Shown: positions 24,792 through 39,042 of the stretch, piece by piece
How the letters are laid out: each line of letters begins with the position of its first letter
How positions within the stretch are numbered: position 1 is the stretch's first letter
NCBI GenBank assembly: GCA_026770705.1
Contig: JANJGN010000007.1
Span: forward strand, 109,306,001-109,370,000
Direction of reading: 5' to 3'
Origin: Isurus oxyrinchus
Taxonomy: Eukaryota
Length of the DNA: 64,000 nucleotides
The notes under the pieces: model-generated
Databases searched by the model: none
Told to the model about the DNA's origin: nothing
Seen by the model: the letters and a program-made list of their open reading frames with translations, nothing else
Translations under genes and position numbers: made by a program

Positions 24792-27700
24792 CATACAAAC
24801 ATACAAGCATACGAAATAGGAGGAAAAGTGCACCATTCTGCCCCTCGAGACCACTCCACCATTCAATTAGATCCGGCTGAGCTGTTTACATTTCGAGTTC
24901 CACATTCCCATCTGTCCCCGATAACCTCTGTTTCCTTTGCCTATCATGAAGGTATCTACCTCTGCCTTAAAAATATTCAATGACCCATGTTTCAGTGCCA
25001 CCTAAGGCACAGAGTTCCAAACTTGCACAACGCTCTTAGAGAGAACAAATTCTCCTCATCTCTGTTCTAAATAGGTGACCCCTAATTTTAAAACAGTGAC
25101 CCCTAGTCTGGACTCACCGACAAGAAGAAACATCCTATCCACGCCCACCTGGCCAAGGCCATTCTAACCTTAAATACTTCAATAAAGTCACTCTCACTAT
25201 TCTAAACTCCAGTTGAAACAAGCCCAGGCTGTTCGACCAACGCACATTCCAAGTATCAATCTAGCCAACCTCCTCTGAACCGGCTCCAACGCATTTCCAT
25301 CCTTCCTTAAATAAGGAGTCTAAAACTGCACACAGTATTCGACATGTGGTCTCTCCAATGTTCTGTGTAACTGAAGTATAAAACTCTTATTTTTATGTCC
25401 AATTCCACTCGTAATAAAGGATAACATTCAGGTAACCTTGCTGAATGTGTGCTTTAACCTGCATACTGACTTTTTATGACCCATGCACTGGAACTCATAG
25501 GCCCATCTGCACCTCGGAATTCTGCAGTATTTGTCCACTTAAGTAATACTCTCTTTTGTTTTTTATTTTCCCTGCCAAAGTGATCAACTTCACCTTTTTC
25601 CATATTATAATCTGTCTGCCAGATTTTTGCCCACTCACTCGACATATCTATACCTGTCTGCAATCCCCTCTTGTCTACTTCACAATATATTTTCCCACCT
25701 ATCTTTGTCTTGCCTACAGAGTTAACTACCATGCCTTTGCTCCCCCATTTAAGCCATCGATATAAATTGTAAAAGGTTGAGGCCCCAACGCAGGACCCTG
25801 TGGGACTCCACTATTCACATCCTGCAAATCAGACTAAGACCCATTTATGCATGCTCTCTGTTGGCCTCCAGCCAGCCAATATTCGATTCATACTAATATA
25901 TTACTTCCAACACCATGAGCTTTTATTTTCTGTCACAAGCTTTGATATGGCACCTTATTTTACGTCTTCTGGAAATCCAAGTGCAGTGCATCTAAAGGTT
26001 CCCCTTTATCCACAGCACATGTTACTCCTTCAAAAGCTGTATTATATTTGTTAAACATGATTTCCCTTTCATAAAACCATGCTGACTTTTCCTGATTTCC
26101 TTGAGTTTCTCAAAGTGCTAAGCTATAAACTTTTTAATAATCGGCTCTAACACCTTCCCCACGACAAACGTCAAGCTAACTGTCTGACAGTTTCCCATTT
26201 ACTGCCTCCCTCCCTTCTTGAATTTCCAGTCAGATGCAACCTTTTCAGAATTGGGGAATTTTGGACAATTAACACCACTGTATCTACTATCTCATTAGTT
26301 GCCTCTTTCACAACCCTTGGATAAAGACCATCAGGGCCCAAAGGCTTATCAGCTGGCAGCTCCATCAGTTTGCTGAGTGCCACTGAGTAATTTCACTAAG
26401 TTCCTTTCCCCTACCACCTCCTTATTTACAGCTATTAATGGAATGTTTTATGTATTCTCTGCAGTGATGAGATAAGTAAAAAATATATGTCTTTATTTCT
26501 GAAGAAGAGTCAAATGAACTCGAAAGGTTAACTCTGTCTTCCTCTCCACAGATGCTATCAGGCCTGCTGAGATTTTCCAGCATTATTTGCTTTTGAAGCA
26601 AAATTTATGTTCACTTCATCTGCAATTTCCAGATTATCTATTAATTCCCCTTCCTCAATTTCTAGAGCACCAACAATCACATTAAAAAACTCTTTATCTT
26701 TGTAAATACCTGAATTTACCTATCCGTCTTTACATTCATAGAGTCATAGATTCATAGAGGTCAGCAGCACTATAAAAGGCCCTTTGGCCCATCGAGTCTG
26801 CGCCGGGCAAACAAGTACCTATCTATTCTAATCCCACTTTACAGAATTAGGCCCATAGTCTTGCATGCCATGGTATCGCAAGAGCACATCCAAGTGCTTC
26901 TTAAATGTTCTGAGGGTTGCTGTCTCTACCACCCTTTCAGGCAGTGAGTTCCAGATTCCCACCACCCTCTGAGTGAAAGAATTCTTCCTCACATCCCCTC
27001 TAACCCTCCTGCCCCTTACTTTAAATCTATGCATCCTTGTTATTCATCCCTCCACCAAGGGGAAAAATTCCATCCTGTCTACACTATCTATGCCCCGCAT
27101 TATTTTATACACCTCAACCATGTCGCCCCTCAATCTCTTCTGCTCCAGGGAAAATAACCCCTGTCTATCCTATCTCTCCTCATAACTAAAACTCTCCAGC
27201 CCAGGTGACATCCTGGTAAATCTCTTCTGCGCTTTCTCTAGTGTTATTGCATCCTCCCTATAATGCGGATTCCAGAATTGCATGCAATATGCTAGCTGTG
27301 GCCTAAACAGTGTTGTATACAGTTCCAGCATAACCTCCCTGTTCTTCTGTTCTATGCCTCAACTAATAAAGGCAAGTATGCCATATGCCTTCTTAACCTT
27401 CTTATCTACCTGTCCTGCTACCTGAAGTGATGGTGGACATGTACCCAAGATCCTTCTGACCCTTTGTACTTCCCACAGTCCTATCATTCATCATGTATTC
27501 CTGTGCCTTGTTTTTCCTGCCCACGTGCATCACCTCACACTTATCTGGATTAAATTCCATTTGCCACTGATCAGCCCATCTGACCAGCACGTCTATATCC
27601 CCCTGTATACGAAGGCTATTCTCCTCACTATTTACCACCAGCAATTTTCCTGCCACATGCGAACTTATTGCTCAATCCTCCTACATTCAAGTCTAAGTCG

Positions 27701-30700
27701 TGTACATATACCACAAACAGCAAGGGGCCCAACACTGATCCCCGTGGAACCCCACAGAACACAGGCATCCAGTCACAAAAACACCCCTTGGCCATCACAC
27801 TCTGCTAAATGCCACCCAGCCAATTCAGGATCCAATTTGCCAAATTACCTTGGAATGCATGCGCTCTTACCTTCGTTATCATCTCCCATGTGGGACCTGA
27901 TCAAAGGCCTCGCTGAAGTCCAAGTTGACGCCATCAAATGCATTGCTCTCATCAGCACACCTGGTCACCTCTTTGAAACAATTAACTCCCCTTAACAAAA
28001 CCATACTGACCAACCATGATTAACCTCTGCCTGCCCAAGTACAGATTAATTCTATCATTCAAAGTTGCTCCCAATAATTTCCCCACCACTCAGGGACTGG
28101 CCTGTCGTTCCCTCGTTTATCCCTCCCTCCCTTCTTGAATAGTGGCACCACATTGGCTGTCCTCCAATCCTCTGGCACCTCTCTTGCGGCCAGAGAGTTG
28201 TTGAAAATTATTGCCAGCACCCCTGCTATCTGCTCCCTTGCCTAGGATAAATTTCGTCCAGGCCTGGATACCACTTAGAACCTCGTCCCTTTCTGTGCTA
28301 ATTTCTTTAATTATATCAGGTGCCTTCTGCCTGATTTCCAAACCCACGCCTTCCCTCTCAATTGTCAACACTGACACAAAGTAATCATTTAGAACCCTAA
28401 CTACGTCTTCTGGCTCCACATACAATTTACCACTATGGTCCTTTAATAGCGCTATGTTTTCCCTCACTGTCCTCTTGCACTTCATGAACGTGTAAAATAA
28501 CATTTTAAATAAAATGCCATTATTTTACTTGCCAATGCTTTCTTCATGCTCCCTTTTTGGTCTCCTAATTTCCTTTTTAAGTTACCCCTTACACATTCTA
28601 TAGTCCTCTAGAGCTTCCGCTGTTTTGAGCTCTCTGTATCTGCCATAAGTCTCCCTTTTTCTCTTTATCCAATCCTGTATATCCCTGTACATCCAGCTTT
28701 CCCTGGATTTGTTGGTCCCATCCTTTGTCCTTACATGACCTTGTTGGCCATATACACATCCTATGTCCTTCTTGAAGGAATCTCACTGTTCTGACGCAGA
28801 TTTACCTAAAAGTAGCTGCACCTAGTCCACTCTGGCCAAATCATATCTGATCTTATTAAAATTGGCCTTCCCCCAATTTAGAACTCTGATTTATGGCCCA
28901 TCCTTGTCCTTTTCCACGACAACCTTGATCTAACGGAGTGTTCACAGAATCACAGAATGAAAGAATGACAGAAACACAGTGCAGAAGAGGACCTTCAGCC
29001 CATCTAGTCTGCACCGACATGTGAGAAACACCTGACCCACTTACCTAATCCCATTTACCAGCACTTGGCCCATAACCTTGAATGTTATGATGTGCCAAGT
29101 GCTCATCCAGATACTTTTTAAAGGATGTGAGGCAACCCGCCTCCACCACCCTCCCAGGCAGTGTATTCCAGACCATCACCACCCTCTGGGTAAAAATTTT
29201 TTTCCTCACATCCCCCCTAAGCCTCCTGCCCCTCATCTTGAAATTATGCCCCCTTGTGACTGACCCTTCATCTAAGGGGTACAGCTGTTCCCTATCCAAC
29301 CTGTCCGTGCCCCTTGTAATCTTGTACACCTCGATCAGGTCGCCCCTCAGCCTTCTCTGCTCCAACAAAAACAACTCAAGTCTATCCAACCTCTCTTCAT
29401 AACTTAAATGTTTCATCCCAGACAACATCATGGTGAATCTCCTCTGAACCCCCTCCAGTGCAATCACATCCTTGCTATAATGTGGCGACCAGAACCGCAC
29501 ACAGTACTCCAGCTGTGGCTTCACCAATGTTCTATACAACTCCAACATGACCTCTCTACTTTTGTAATGTATGCCTCGATTGGTAAGGGCAAGTGTCCCA
29601 TATGCTTTTTTCACCACCCCACTAACATGCTCCTCTTCCTTCAGAGATCTATGGACACACATGCCAAGTTCCCTTTGTTCCTCAGAACTTACGAGTGTCA
29701 TGTTGTTCATTCAATACATCCTTGCCAAATCCTTCCAAAGTGTATCACCTCACACTTTTCAGGGTTAAATTCCATCTGCCCATCTGACCATCCCGTCTAT
29801 ATCTTCCAGTAGTTCAAGTCACTCAACCTCACTGTTCGCCACCTGTCAATCTTTGTGTCATCCGCAAACTTACTAATCCTACCCCCACATGGTCATCTAT
29901 GTTGTTTATATAAATGACAAATAATAGGGGACAGACCCCTGTGGTACGCCACTGGACACTGGCTTCCAGTCACTAAAGCAAGTTATGATCACTATCTGCA
30001 AAATGCTCCCCTACTGATACCTCTACCACTTGACCGGCTTCATTCCCTAAAATTAAATCCAGGTCTGCCCCTTGTCTTGTAGGACCTTCTACGTACTGCA
30101 TTAAAATGCTCTCCTGGATGCATTTTAAAAATTACGCTCCCTCTATACCTATCATACTAGGACTAACCCAGTTAATGTTGGGGAAGCTATTTTCCTAGCT
30201 GTCTTCCTCTCATACGCTAATTTATTTCTCCTGATTAACCTTTTAATCATTCTTTGCCGTTACTTATATTCTGCCTAACCATCTGACCTGCCATTAATCT
30301 TTGCGCAGTTATATGCTTTTTCGTTAAGTTTGATGCTTTCCCTAACTTCCTTAGTTAACCACATACATTTCTTCTTGATAGCAGTGTTATACTTATTCTG
30401 AGTATTCAGAAAAATCCCCTTAAATATCTGCCATTGCTTGTTCATTAATTTATCCCTCAGCCTATTTTCGCAGTTTACTTCAGCTAGCTCAGCATTCATC
30501 CCCACATATATGCCCTTATTTAAGTTTCAAATGCTAGTCTTAGATCTACTCTTCTCCCTTTCAGACTGGATGTAAAATTAGATCATAGTATGGTCACTGC
30601 TGTTTAGGGATACCTTTACCCTGTGTTCATTGATTACTCCTGCCACATTACACACTACCAACTCTAATATAACCTACGGTCTAGTGGGTTCCAGAACGTC

Positions 30701-30930
30701 CTGCTCTCAGTAACTGTTTCGAAAATATATGAACTCCTCATCGTGGTAACAACTGCCAATCTGATTTTCCAGTTCATATGTAGATTAAAGTCCCCCGTGT
30801 TTACTGCTGTCCCTTTGCCACCAACTCACAATATTTGTGCTTGTGTACTTTGTCTCACAATGCATTTACTGTTCGGGGATCTGTAGACCACTCAAAGGAG
30901 TGATATCTTTCCCCTATTCTTCCTTATTTC
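24792..30930 (-). mobile_element. Nested CR1 stack: older CR1 (about 24792-26700 plus 29980-30930) with two younger CR1 insertions (about 26737-28940 and 28945-29975)
   Basis: Three CR1 3' tails (catacgaa, catagagt and cacagaat repeats). ORF 29045-29710 reads LYRTLVKPQLEYCVRFWSP...RRLRGDLIEVYK...FTQRVV. Endonuclease remnants lie at 30275-30900. Confidence 0.85.
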
Positions 30931-31984
30931 CAGATGTGCGGCCTTTGGAATGGATTCGATCATTTAACATTGGAGGGAGGCTTTTCAAAAACGAAGGATT
31001 CACTGCAGTTTCTGCGGTTTCTGATGATCGAATCATAAGGAGGTTGGTTATGCAATCGGGCTGCCTCTTGTTCAGTGGCTTGCTTCCGAGTCTGGTTCAT
31101 GAGCTGGCTGATGTGATGTTTCTGATGGTTTTTGTGAGAATGCCTGCAGAAGCTATTAGCGGATGTTTGAAAGAAGGCAAAAACCTGGCTGCCTCAGCAT
31201 GTAAGTTTCCAAAATTTCAATTCATTTTCCAAATAAGGTGGTGCTGATTATATTGATTGCACATCCTGAGTTTTGTTTTAACACCTCGTTTTTTTGGTTT
31301 GGATTGAGAAAATCATCATGACACAAAGGAATGGTGATGACAGCCATTCGCTTCCATTGCGACCAATTTAGATCTTGCCTTTTGTTCAGTAGGAAACATG
31401 GAGAAAGGCAGTCTGGTATGCCCACAGTTTTTTGCATTGGCCCATCCTTAAACAAAGAAATGTATGAATTCCTTGCATGGCTGTGGCTTTCCATATTTCA
31501 TGAGGTATTCGACTGAGACGGAGTACAGCCTGTGGCCCAAATGGCGAAAGTTACATGATTTGTGCCAACCACCTTAACTACTGGTTTGTTCCAAGTATTT
31601 TTTTAAATGTCTGAAATGCCATACTATGACATGCCAGTGCTGGGCATGACACGTGAGTTTGATAAATGAATGAAGAGATGCACTCATGATGGGATTCACT
31701 GAATGATAATTTTAATGCATTGGGATAGTTTTTAGTATATTTTCATTAAAGCTAGCTCTCGGTGGTTGCGTAATTTTGCCTAATAATCTATGTTTTATTA
31801 TCTTTCTTTCATATGCATTTTCTTAATAACGAGAAATGCACCAGAAAAAAAAATTCCAAATGGGCAATAAAGTGACATCGAAATTAAAACTGAAATGGAA
31901 AGAATGTTTGATGAAGTGGTCGAAAACTTTCATGAGAGCGCTGTGCGTCATATGGTGTGCGTGCGCTTTCAGATGGCAAAGCCG

Positions 31985-32350
31985 ATAAAATAAAAGCGAC
32001 AATTGTCTGAGTGACAGAAAGTAGAGAGTAGTGGTGGAAGGTTTTGCTTTGGACTGGAGGAAATGAGTTTCGTCAGACGTCATTGCCAAATCGATTGCTT
32101 TTTTCCATCGCATTAATGACCTTAAATTGCGAGTGTAGGGCATAATTTCAAAATTTACCGATGGCACGAATCTTGGAATTTATGTGAACTGTAAGCAAGA
32201 TAGTGGTAAACTTCAGTCGGGCTTCGAAAGGTTGGTAGAATGCGTGGGCAGTCGGCAGATAAAGCATCAGTGTAAAGAAGCGTGATATAATTCATTTTGG
32301 GCGGAGGAACAGGAAGAAGCAACATAAAATAAAGGATCCAATTCAAAACG
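31985..32350 (+). mobile_element. CR1 RT fragment
   Basis: Decayed WLSDRK.RVVV and ISKFTDGT.LG motifs. Confidence 0.55.
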
Positions 32351-32428
32351 GAAACAAACCGAAAACCAGTCTTAACAGTTGTAAACTCGCAAATAATGTG
32401 GAGTCATCAATTGAATCCGTGGCTCAGA

Positions 32429-32483
32429 ATGTCCGTGAGGATATTTTATCTTTGCCTGACTCTCCGTGGGATTATTCATACAG
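32429..32483 (+). pseudogene. Gene B exon 1: leader
   Basis: ATG opens MSVRIFYLCLTLRGIIHT. The exon is 55 bp with a phase-1 donor CAG|gtacg and parallels the gene A leader. Confidence 0.8.
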
Positions 32484-32650
32484 GTACGTCTTTACTCATT
32501 GACCCAGATAATTTAATTTATAAAATGTTTGCGGAGTACCTTCACATTGATTTAATGAATCGCATTTCCCTATCTAGTTAACTGCTTCTCTCTTCATTCT
32601 TTATTTGTCATCTGATACAATTATCTTCCACTTGACCATATTTCTCACAG

Positions 32651-32981
32651 CCTCGGACGGCACTTCATTCAGTGTCTCTCAAACGCCCAGAGAAGTGACT
32701 GTAATTTATGGGGGTGGGGGGGGGGGGGGGTGGGGTGGCGGAATATTACCCCCTGCTGCACATTTCCCCTCAGCACCATTCTTCACTACAGTAAATTGGT
32801 GGAAGGAGCCTGGGAATGAATACCTTCACACAAGCGCCGATCGCAGAAGTGGAAAAGGAAACTAGAGCTTTCTTTCACTTACTGGCCGTGACTTTCCAAG
32901 ACTCTGAAATTTATCACAGTGTACGGATCCGTCAAGGAATGGATCAAATAAATTAAACCGGATCGCATCTAATTGTGTATG
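32651..32981 (+). pseudogene. Gene B exon 2: degenerate VJ-type Ig V domain
   Basis: Bounded by tttctcacag| and G|gtaagc. Pieces in shifted frames: ASDGTSFSVSQTPREVTVIYGG / RNITPCCTFP / VNWWKEPGNEYL / AFFHLLAVTFQDSEIYHS...IN*TGSHLIVY. It has a poly-G expansion, frameshifts, loss of the F-strand Cys and an in-frame stop. Confidence 0.85.
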
Positions 32982-33875
32982 GTAAGCGTGGAACATCGGA
33001 GGACCAGGTAATCGTAAAGATATGGAACATAACATACAGGGATTATTTGTGACTGCTTATGTCGTCGATTTTGGCAGTATAATCATGACTATTCATACTG
33101 TGCACGATAACTTAAATTCCATATTCCTGCTTTCTGGAAAGAATTGCTGATTAGCCATTTAATGTCACACGCAGAGTACTGCCACATTTATACATTTTAA
33201 CCAATTAGACAATACGTTTATACAAGTTTATATAACAGATACTTACTGCGGAATTTTCGAGGATATACATACCTGAAGACAGTTTATATTATGCACGGCT
33301 CTTAGACTGTATTTGATGCCCTGGTCACTTCCGTCGCTGTCTCAGCGATGAACATTCCTGAAATTAATTCGCACATTATGTAAGAATCACGGAATTGAAA
33401 ATCAGTGTGCAGCCAACTCTGATGGACTGATTCACTAAGGAACCTGCAGCTTGAAGATCGGCACGCTATAAAATCACTGACCTGGAATAAATAAAAAAAT
33501 TACAGGTCTTTGCGAAACCTCTGGTGGTTCAGCCGCGTTTTATCTATTTCTTCCATTGCAATGCTTCGGCTGCGAAATCTGCCTGATACCAAGTAAGCCC
33601 TCATTTTATAATCAAAAATGAGCAGTTTGATTGCCACGGCCTATTGGTGCTTAACAAACACAAGCGACTCCAATCGCACATTTGTCTCCTCCACATCCCC
33701 ACGTACACCCTGCACTCCCACACCCCATCCCATCACCAACGTTAATTTATTTAATTCCTTGGACTATGCAACCCAAACATAGATATTGTTGCAATTTGTC
33801 TGCCGAGGATCTCAAATATTTACTTTCTCTCGATGCTGCTCATTAACTCGGCTTAGTTCATTGTTCGTTTTGCAG

Positions 33876-34211
33876 TCGTTCCAGTCCCGTTCAATGTTGT
33901 CACCCGGTTCCCTGATGGAAATTCATCTGTTTCTTTGATTCTGCTGTGTAAAACAGATGCATTTTATCCGGCGATTTTGAACCTCATTTGGTATAAAAAT
34001 GGCGCCGAAACTACCTTAGGAATACACACAATGAAAGTACAGAAGTACAGAACAGTGACAGGTTGTATGAAAGTTTCTGTTTAAATACAGCCTCTCCTGA
34101 ACGATACTAAGTATATCTGTTTGGTATCACATGTCTCCCTCGAGACTCCCGTTGTCGTCGCCCGTACTATTTCTAAATTCATTCAAGTTACGAGGTCAAC
34201 AGTTCAAAAAG
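33876..34211 (+). pseudogene. Gene B exon 3: Ig C1 domain with in-frame stop
   Basis: Acceptor ttttgcag|, then VVPVPFNVV...LILLCKTDAFYPAILNLIWYKNG...YICLVSHVSLETP. There is an 8-bp duplication (aagtacag x2) and a TAA at 34082-34084. Donor G|gtgagt. Confidence 0.88.
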
Positions 34212-34989
34212 GTGAGTTAGCGACATTTAAGTTGGCAAATGGATATAACATATAAGCGTATTAATAATCATGAAGCTAGTCCACAGTAATCTCATGGTAA
34301 GTATCAACGAAATCATTATATTAATGTATAATATCCATTGGACCTGTGTGCTGGAAAACCGGCCTTCAAATTCCTTTATTTATCACATAATACTTACAAA
34401 CACGAGTGATCTGTTATATCTCTTATCCTCCTCGCAATATTAAGAATTGTTCAGTTTCATTTTCTTCCATCTTAAAATCATTTTATTCTTTGCTAGTGCC
34501 TGCTATCCTTGCACCGACACAATAGCCAAGGAGATGCAACCATATTGTTTTCATTGAGGGATTCTTCCATAGCAACTGCCGATCCTGACCCTGTTTTGAT
34601 TTCCTCCAGTGCAGAATTCTGAGGTTAATCCCTTTGACATCTTTTAACCTTTGCCCCTCCACGCCACGTTTAAACCTCATTTAAACTTTGCCCGCAGCTT
34701 GGCTCGGGTGCAGCCGATACATTGCATCTTGTTAATATCCTTTACCCCCGAAACAATAATCAATGAACTCTAGTCTTTAGATCGCCTTTGTCATTCACTT
34801 TGATAAACAGTTTAGTTAATTGAAAGGGGAATTCCCAACCGATTGCTACAATCCAAAATTTTCTGCGGCAGCGACAAAGCACTTGTCAAAAATGCCCCTA
34901 ATTTAACGAAACTATAAATGTTAATAAATAAGAAACGTCAATAACAAGAACAAGTCTTTTGGGCACTTTTTCTGCCTCTCCTAAAACAG

Positions 34990-36005
34990 TGTTCACAAGG
35001 ACCAGTGCTGGTGCATTAACTTTTTATAATTCATTCGAATGACTTGGAAGAGGGGTCCGAAGACACGGTTGCTCAGTTTGCTGATGACACATAGATAGGC
35101 AACAAAGTAAGTTGTGAAGAGAATATATGGAGGCTACAAAGGGATGTGGACAGGCTAAGTGAGTGAGAAAAGACCTGTAAATGGAGCATGATGTGGGAAA
35201 ATGTGAAATTGTCCATTTTGGCAGGAAGAATGAGAAAGAAGCATAGTATTTAATTGGTGAGACATTGCAGAGATCCGAGATGCAGAGGGAATTGGGTGTC
35301 CTAGTGCATGAATCTCAATAGCTTGGTATGTAGGTACAGCATGCAATCAGGGAAGGTAAAATAATGTTATCGTTTTATGCGAGGCGAATTGAATACGATA
35401 GCGGAGAGTTTATGCTACAGTTGTACAGGACAATCGTGAGACCACATCTGGAATACCGTGTACAGTGTTGATGTCCTTATTTAAGGAAGGATGTAAATGC
35501 GTTGGAAGCAATTCGGGGAATGTTTACTAGACTAGTATCTGGAATTTGTATGAGGAAAGGTTGCACACACTAGGCTTGTATCCACTTGAGTTTTGAAGAG
35601 TAAGAGGCGACTTGATTGAAACATATAAGGCCCCGAGAGGTCTTGACGGGGTGAATATGGATAGCATATTTCCCCTTGTGGGAGAATCGAAAATTAGCAG
35701 TGACTGTTTAAAAATAAGAGATCTCTCATTTAACACAGAGACGAAGATAGTTTTGCTATCTCTTAAGATTGTGGGTCTTTGGAACTCTCCTCCTCAAAAA
35801 TTGGTGGAAGCAGAGTCTTTGAACATTTTAAGGCAGAGTTAGATAGATTATTCATAACCAAGGGGTGAATAGTTATCCTGGATAGTTGGGAATATGGAGC
35901 TGAGGTTCGAATCAGATCAGCCATGATCTCATTGAGTGGCGGAGCAGGTTGCAGGATCCAAGTGGCCTACTCCTGCTCCTATTTTCGTACGTTCGTATGT
36001 ATGCT
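34990..36005 (+). mobile_element. CR1 LINE 3' fragment
   Basis: QFADDT, RPHLEY and RGDLIETYK motifs and a CR1 3' end (ggcctactcctgctcctatttt cgtatgt). Confidence 0.8.
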
Positions 36006-36007
36006 TG

Positions 36008-38005
36008 TTTAGCTGAAACAAGCGCAATATGCGTACAAGTTCTTTCTGTCTGCAAAGAACAGAACCCGGTGTATTGTTTGTGTTTTGTGATCGATAAACT
36101 GATAGTTTGTTTAGCGTTAATTTCGAATGTATCATCTATGTAATGAAGACGTTACTTCAAATATTTGGTGTAAAATAAAATTTGTGTTTGAACTTTAGTA
36201 TTGCTGATAAAAGAGATGTCTAAGCTCATCAGGAGAATACTGGCAAGAATACCAATATAAAGGGGGGAAAAACAATATATACTCTATGAAAGAGAGTGCT
36301 GATTGGTTGGCAAGTTTCGTTTCCATGGAGAATGCACCACTGATGGTGAATGTCAGTTAACTGCCAAGCATTGTTTGAAATTTAAACAAGGCTGCTTTAC
36401 TCTGATTGGTCACGGCTTTGTCCCTGAGGAATGAGTCAGCACTGCTGATTATTTTGTTTAACTGAAACAGACGCAATGCGCGTACATGTTCTTTCTGTCT
36501 GCAAAGAACAGGGCCCTGGGTATTAATATATGTAGCTCCCAGTACACGCAAATGCGCCACATTGGTTGTCTTAAATTGGTTGTCGCGGTAGTTGTAAGCA
36601 CAGTGATGATCATTAAGCAAATGTTGCCCAATCGCCGAATCACACGACTCATGTTGCATACTGTGTGTTGTGTTTTGCCAGCACGGCCTGGCTGTGTATT
36701 GCCTTCACCTTAACCGTTGTGATCTGCGGCTGGGACATACTGTTTGATACAACCCACCAGTCTTTCGAACATACAGCCTATATAGCTACCATCACACTAG
36801 CACTTAAATTCCTATACCACATTACTCATTTGTGCGATAGGCAGAACTTCCTTTTGGCTTGATGGTGGGACCCTGTCATTAACGAATACCACCCGTGTGG
36901 CGACTGCATAGTCGCAGCGTGTGACAGCTGGCTTCAAATATTTCAGCATCAAGTTTGCATAGTCAGCAAATGGTCCGGGCCCTATTGACAAGGTTTCTGA
37001 TAAGACCAAGCTTATAACTTGTGGAGCTATAAGAATCCCAACGCTTATATTGACCAGTGAAGGTAGGTTTACGGTATATAGTGGTAGAGAACACCCTAGC
37101 AGATTTCTCAACTCGTACGACAAGGTTCACGTGACTGTTCCATTTCTTAGGTGAATTTCAACGCAGGATGCATTCCATTAAAACGTGTAAGAAAATTGTT
37201 ACAAGCAGCTGCCGATTGAAGTATCGCAAATGTATCAGCCACATATCGGAAATATGCGAGGGGTACCAGGTTAGATGTAATTCCATCGAAGACACGTTTC
37301 TCAAGGAACCCATAAAGATGTTTGCGAGAGCTGGGCCAAGAAGGGGTCCCTTGGCAGCACCAGCTATTTGGGCATGCAAGGTGTTTTTAAAACTGAACTC
37401 GACTGCGCGAGTTGCTGAATTCATAAGTTCAGTGAACATTGATTCACTCAATGATGGCTGGCCTAGATCACCATGATATAGTGCTGCAGCGCAAACACCT
37501 ATGGGTACATTAAGTAGGACATTGGTGAAATGGCTATTAATGTCAAATGAGTACATGGACACAGTATTGCTATCGATATGCAAGTCCTGTATGACCTTCA
37601 CAAATGTGTATGTGGAAAACTTAGTCAAAGCTGGTTGTAACAATTCACCCAAACATTTGGCCAATTACAGTTGTACAGAACTGGTCATAGATAAGAAGGG
37701 GCATCATCTTTGTGTGTTTTGGGCAGCCCATACATAAATGAACATAGATGACTATGAGGGCGAAACTTGCCATATATATCACGTGGTAGTCCAGCAAGCG
37801 TTCTTTTTTTTTTGCGAGCAAAGCTGTCCGATCATGTTAAGCGGCAGGTCCAATGAATGTGAATTGTGACCTGTCATTAAGAATGGCGTGCATTTAGTTG
37901 ACATAGTCGCGCTTGTTGAGGATGGCTATTCTAGTTACGTTTACTGATGTCTATGTCCAGGCTGGTCTTAAGGCCTCGTAACGCTGCAAGACATGCGTGT
38001 TGCAA
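36008..38005 (-). mobile_element. Penelope-like retroelement (RT + GIY-YIG endonuclease), decayed, in the gene B C1-TM intron
   Basis: RT motifs SFDINSHFTNV and QIAGAAKGPLLGPALANIFMG (37158-37664). GIY-YIG C-terminus SAIGQHLL...LRVLGATYINTQGPVLCRQKEHV (36357-36659). A partial tandem repeat of the 3' end lies at about 36010-36070. Confidence 0.85.
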
Positions 38006-38195
38006 GCTTAGACATATCTTTTTTCAGCAATGTTAAAGTTCTGTTCTACGAAACGACTATTTATCCAATCTTTCTTACTGCCGTTCCATACTACGGTATT
38101 ATTGAAAGAACCGTCATAGTTTAAGCAGTAAAGTATCTTGACATCTATTTTTATGCAACGCCAGCCAAAACTTAATGTTCCTCTTAATATTGCAA

Positions 38196-38309
38196 GTAAT
38201 ATCCATAATCCAGTTGTCTGCTGGGCTCCAAGTTGTGCAATAGCTGGACTGGCGTTTCTCGTGCTACTGATTGTCATTGGAACGCGCCGCCGACTTCAGA
38301 ATAATGATG
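38196..38309 (+). pseudogene. Gene B exon 4: transmembrane exon
   Basis: NIHNPVVCWAPSCAIAGLAFLVLLIVIGTRRRLQNND: an uncharged hydrophobic helix followed by an RRR stop-transfer, with donor G|gtaaga. The exon is 114 bp and phase 1-1 only if the acceptor has mutated (ttgcaa instead of ttgcag). Confidence 0.75.
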
Positions 38310-38998
38310 GTAAGATTTATTTTTAACATTAGCGTTTAATGCAAATCTCAGTGTTAGTGACCGTCATCGGGTAACATGGAGGGCGGTGGGAGTGGGAGCA
38401 GCAGAATTCAATCAGAAGTTACATTTGAAAACACTGATTTTTTTTGCGGGAAGCCCCGAAGGATCTCAACGCATTTTATAACGCCGAAATACACACGGTT
38501 CGGAATTAACATGGAGACAAATTTTGCGGCAAGAACATTCCAACAGAAATTTCCTCATTGCAGCGTGACAAATGATTTGGAACCTGACAGGCAATCATTT
38601 TCCAACCTATTCCGTTATCGATACGCACCTAGTTGAATTTGGTCATTTGAAGCTTCCGCCCGGGGATGGTTGCGCACATAGGAACGTGAGGAATAAGAGC
38701 AGAGGTCGTCCCTTCGAGCTTTTTGCCTGTTCCGCCCCGCAATAAATTCATTGTTGATCTTCTAACTCAAATGTATTTTTTTTCACAACCTTGATCCCAT
38801 AGGTGTCCAAAAATATTTCCTTATTTTCCGAAAAAAACTTTTTTAAAAATTTCTGTTGATCGCTACAAGTGCCGTGATTTTAACACGGCGCATTCAAAAT
38901 TGATTTTTTTTTCAACACTAGGCAGGCCTTCGCAATCTCTGGCACGGAAATTGAGTAAATATTTCAATCTATCAACGTCAAATCTCACTCATTTCCAA

Positions 38999-39042
38999 GT
39001 AAAGTAGAATGTGTAACGGGGCCGAGCCGCCAGGAGGAGTTG
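38999..39042 (+). pseudogene. Gene B candidate short cytoplasmic exon
   Basis: Reads (G)KVECVTGPSRQEEL and ends in a strong donor TTG|gtaagt. It converts phase 1 to phase 0, as the next exon requires. The 5' boundary is uncertain (38999 or 39005). Confidence 0.5.

Noticed and set aside
29045-29710. Longest ORF in the window (221 aa)
   Set aside because: It is the C-terminal part of CR1 ORF2, not a host gene.
32915-32921. Perfect RSS heptamer CACAGTG near the end of the gene B V exon
   Set aside because: It replaces the Tyr-Cys codons (TAC TGT -> CAC AGT) rather than following them. There is no convincing nonamer at 12 or 23 bp, and the J-like strand is already in the exon.
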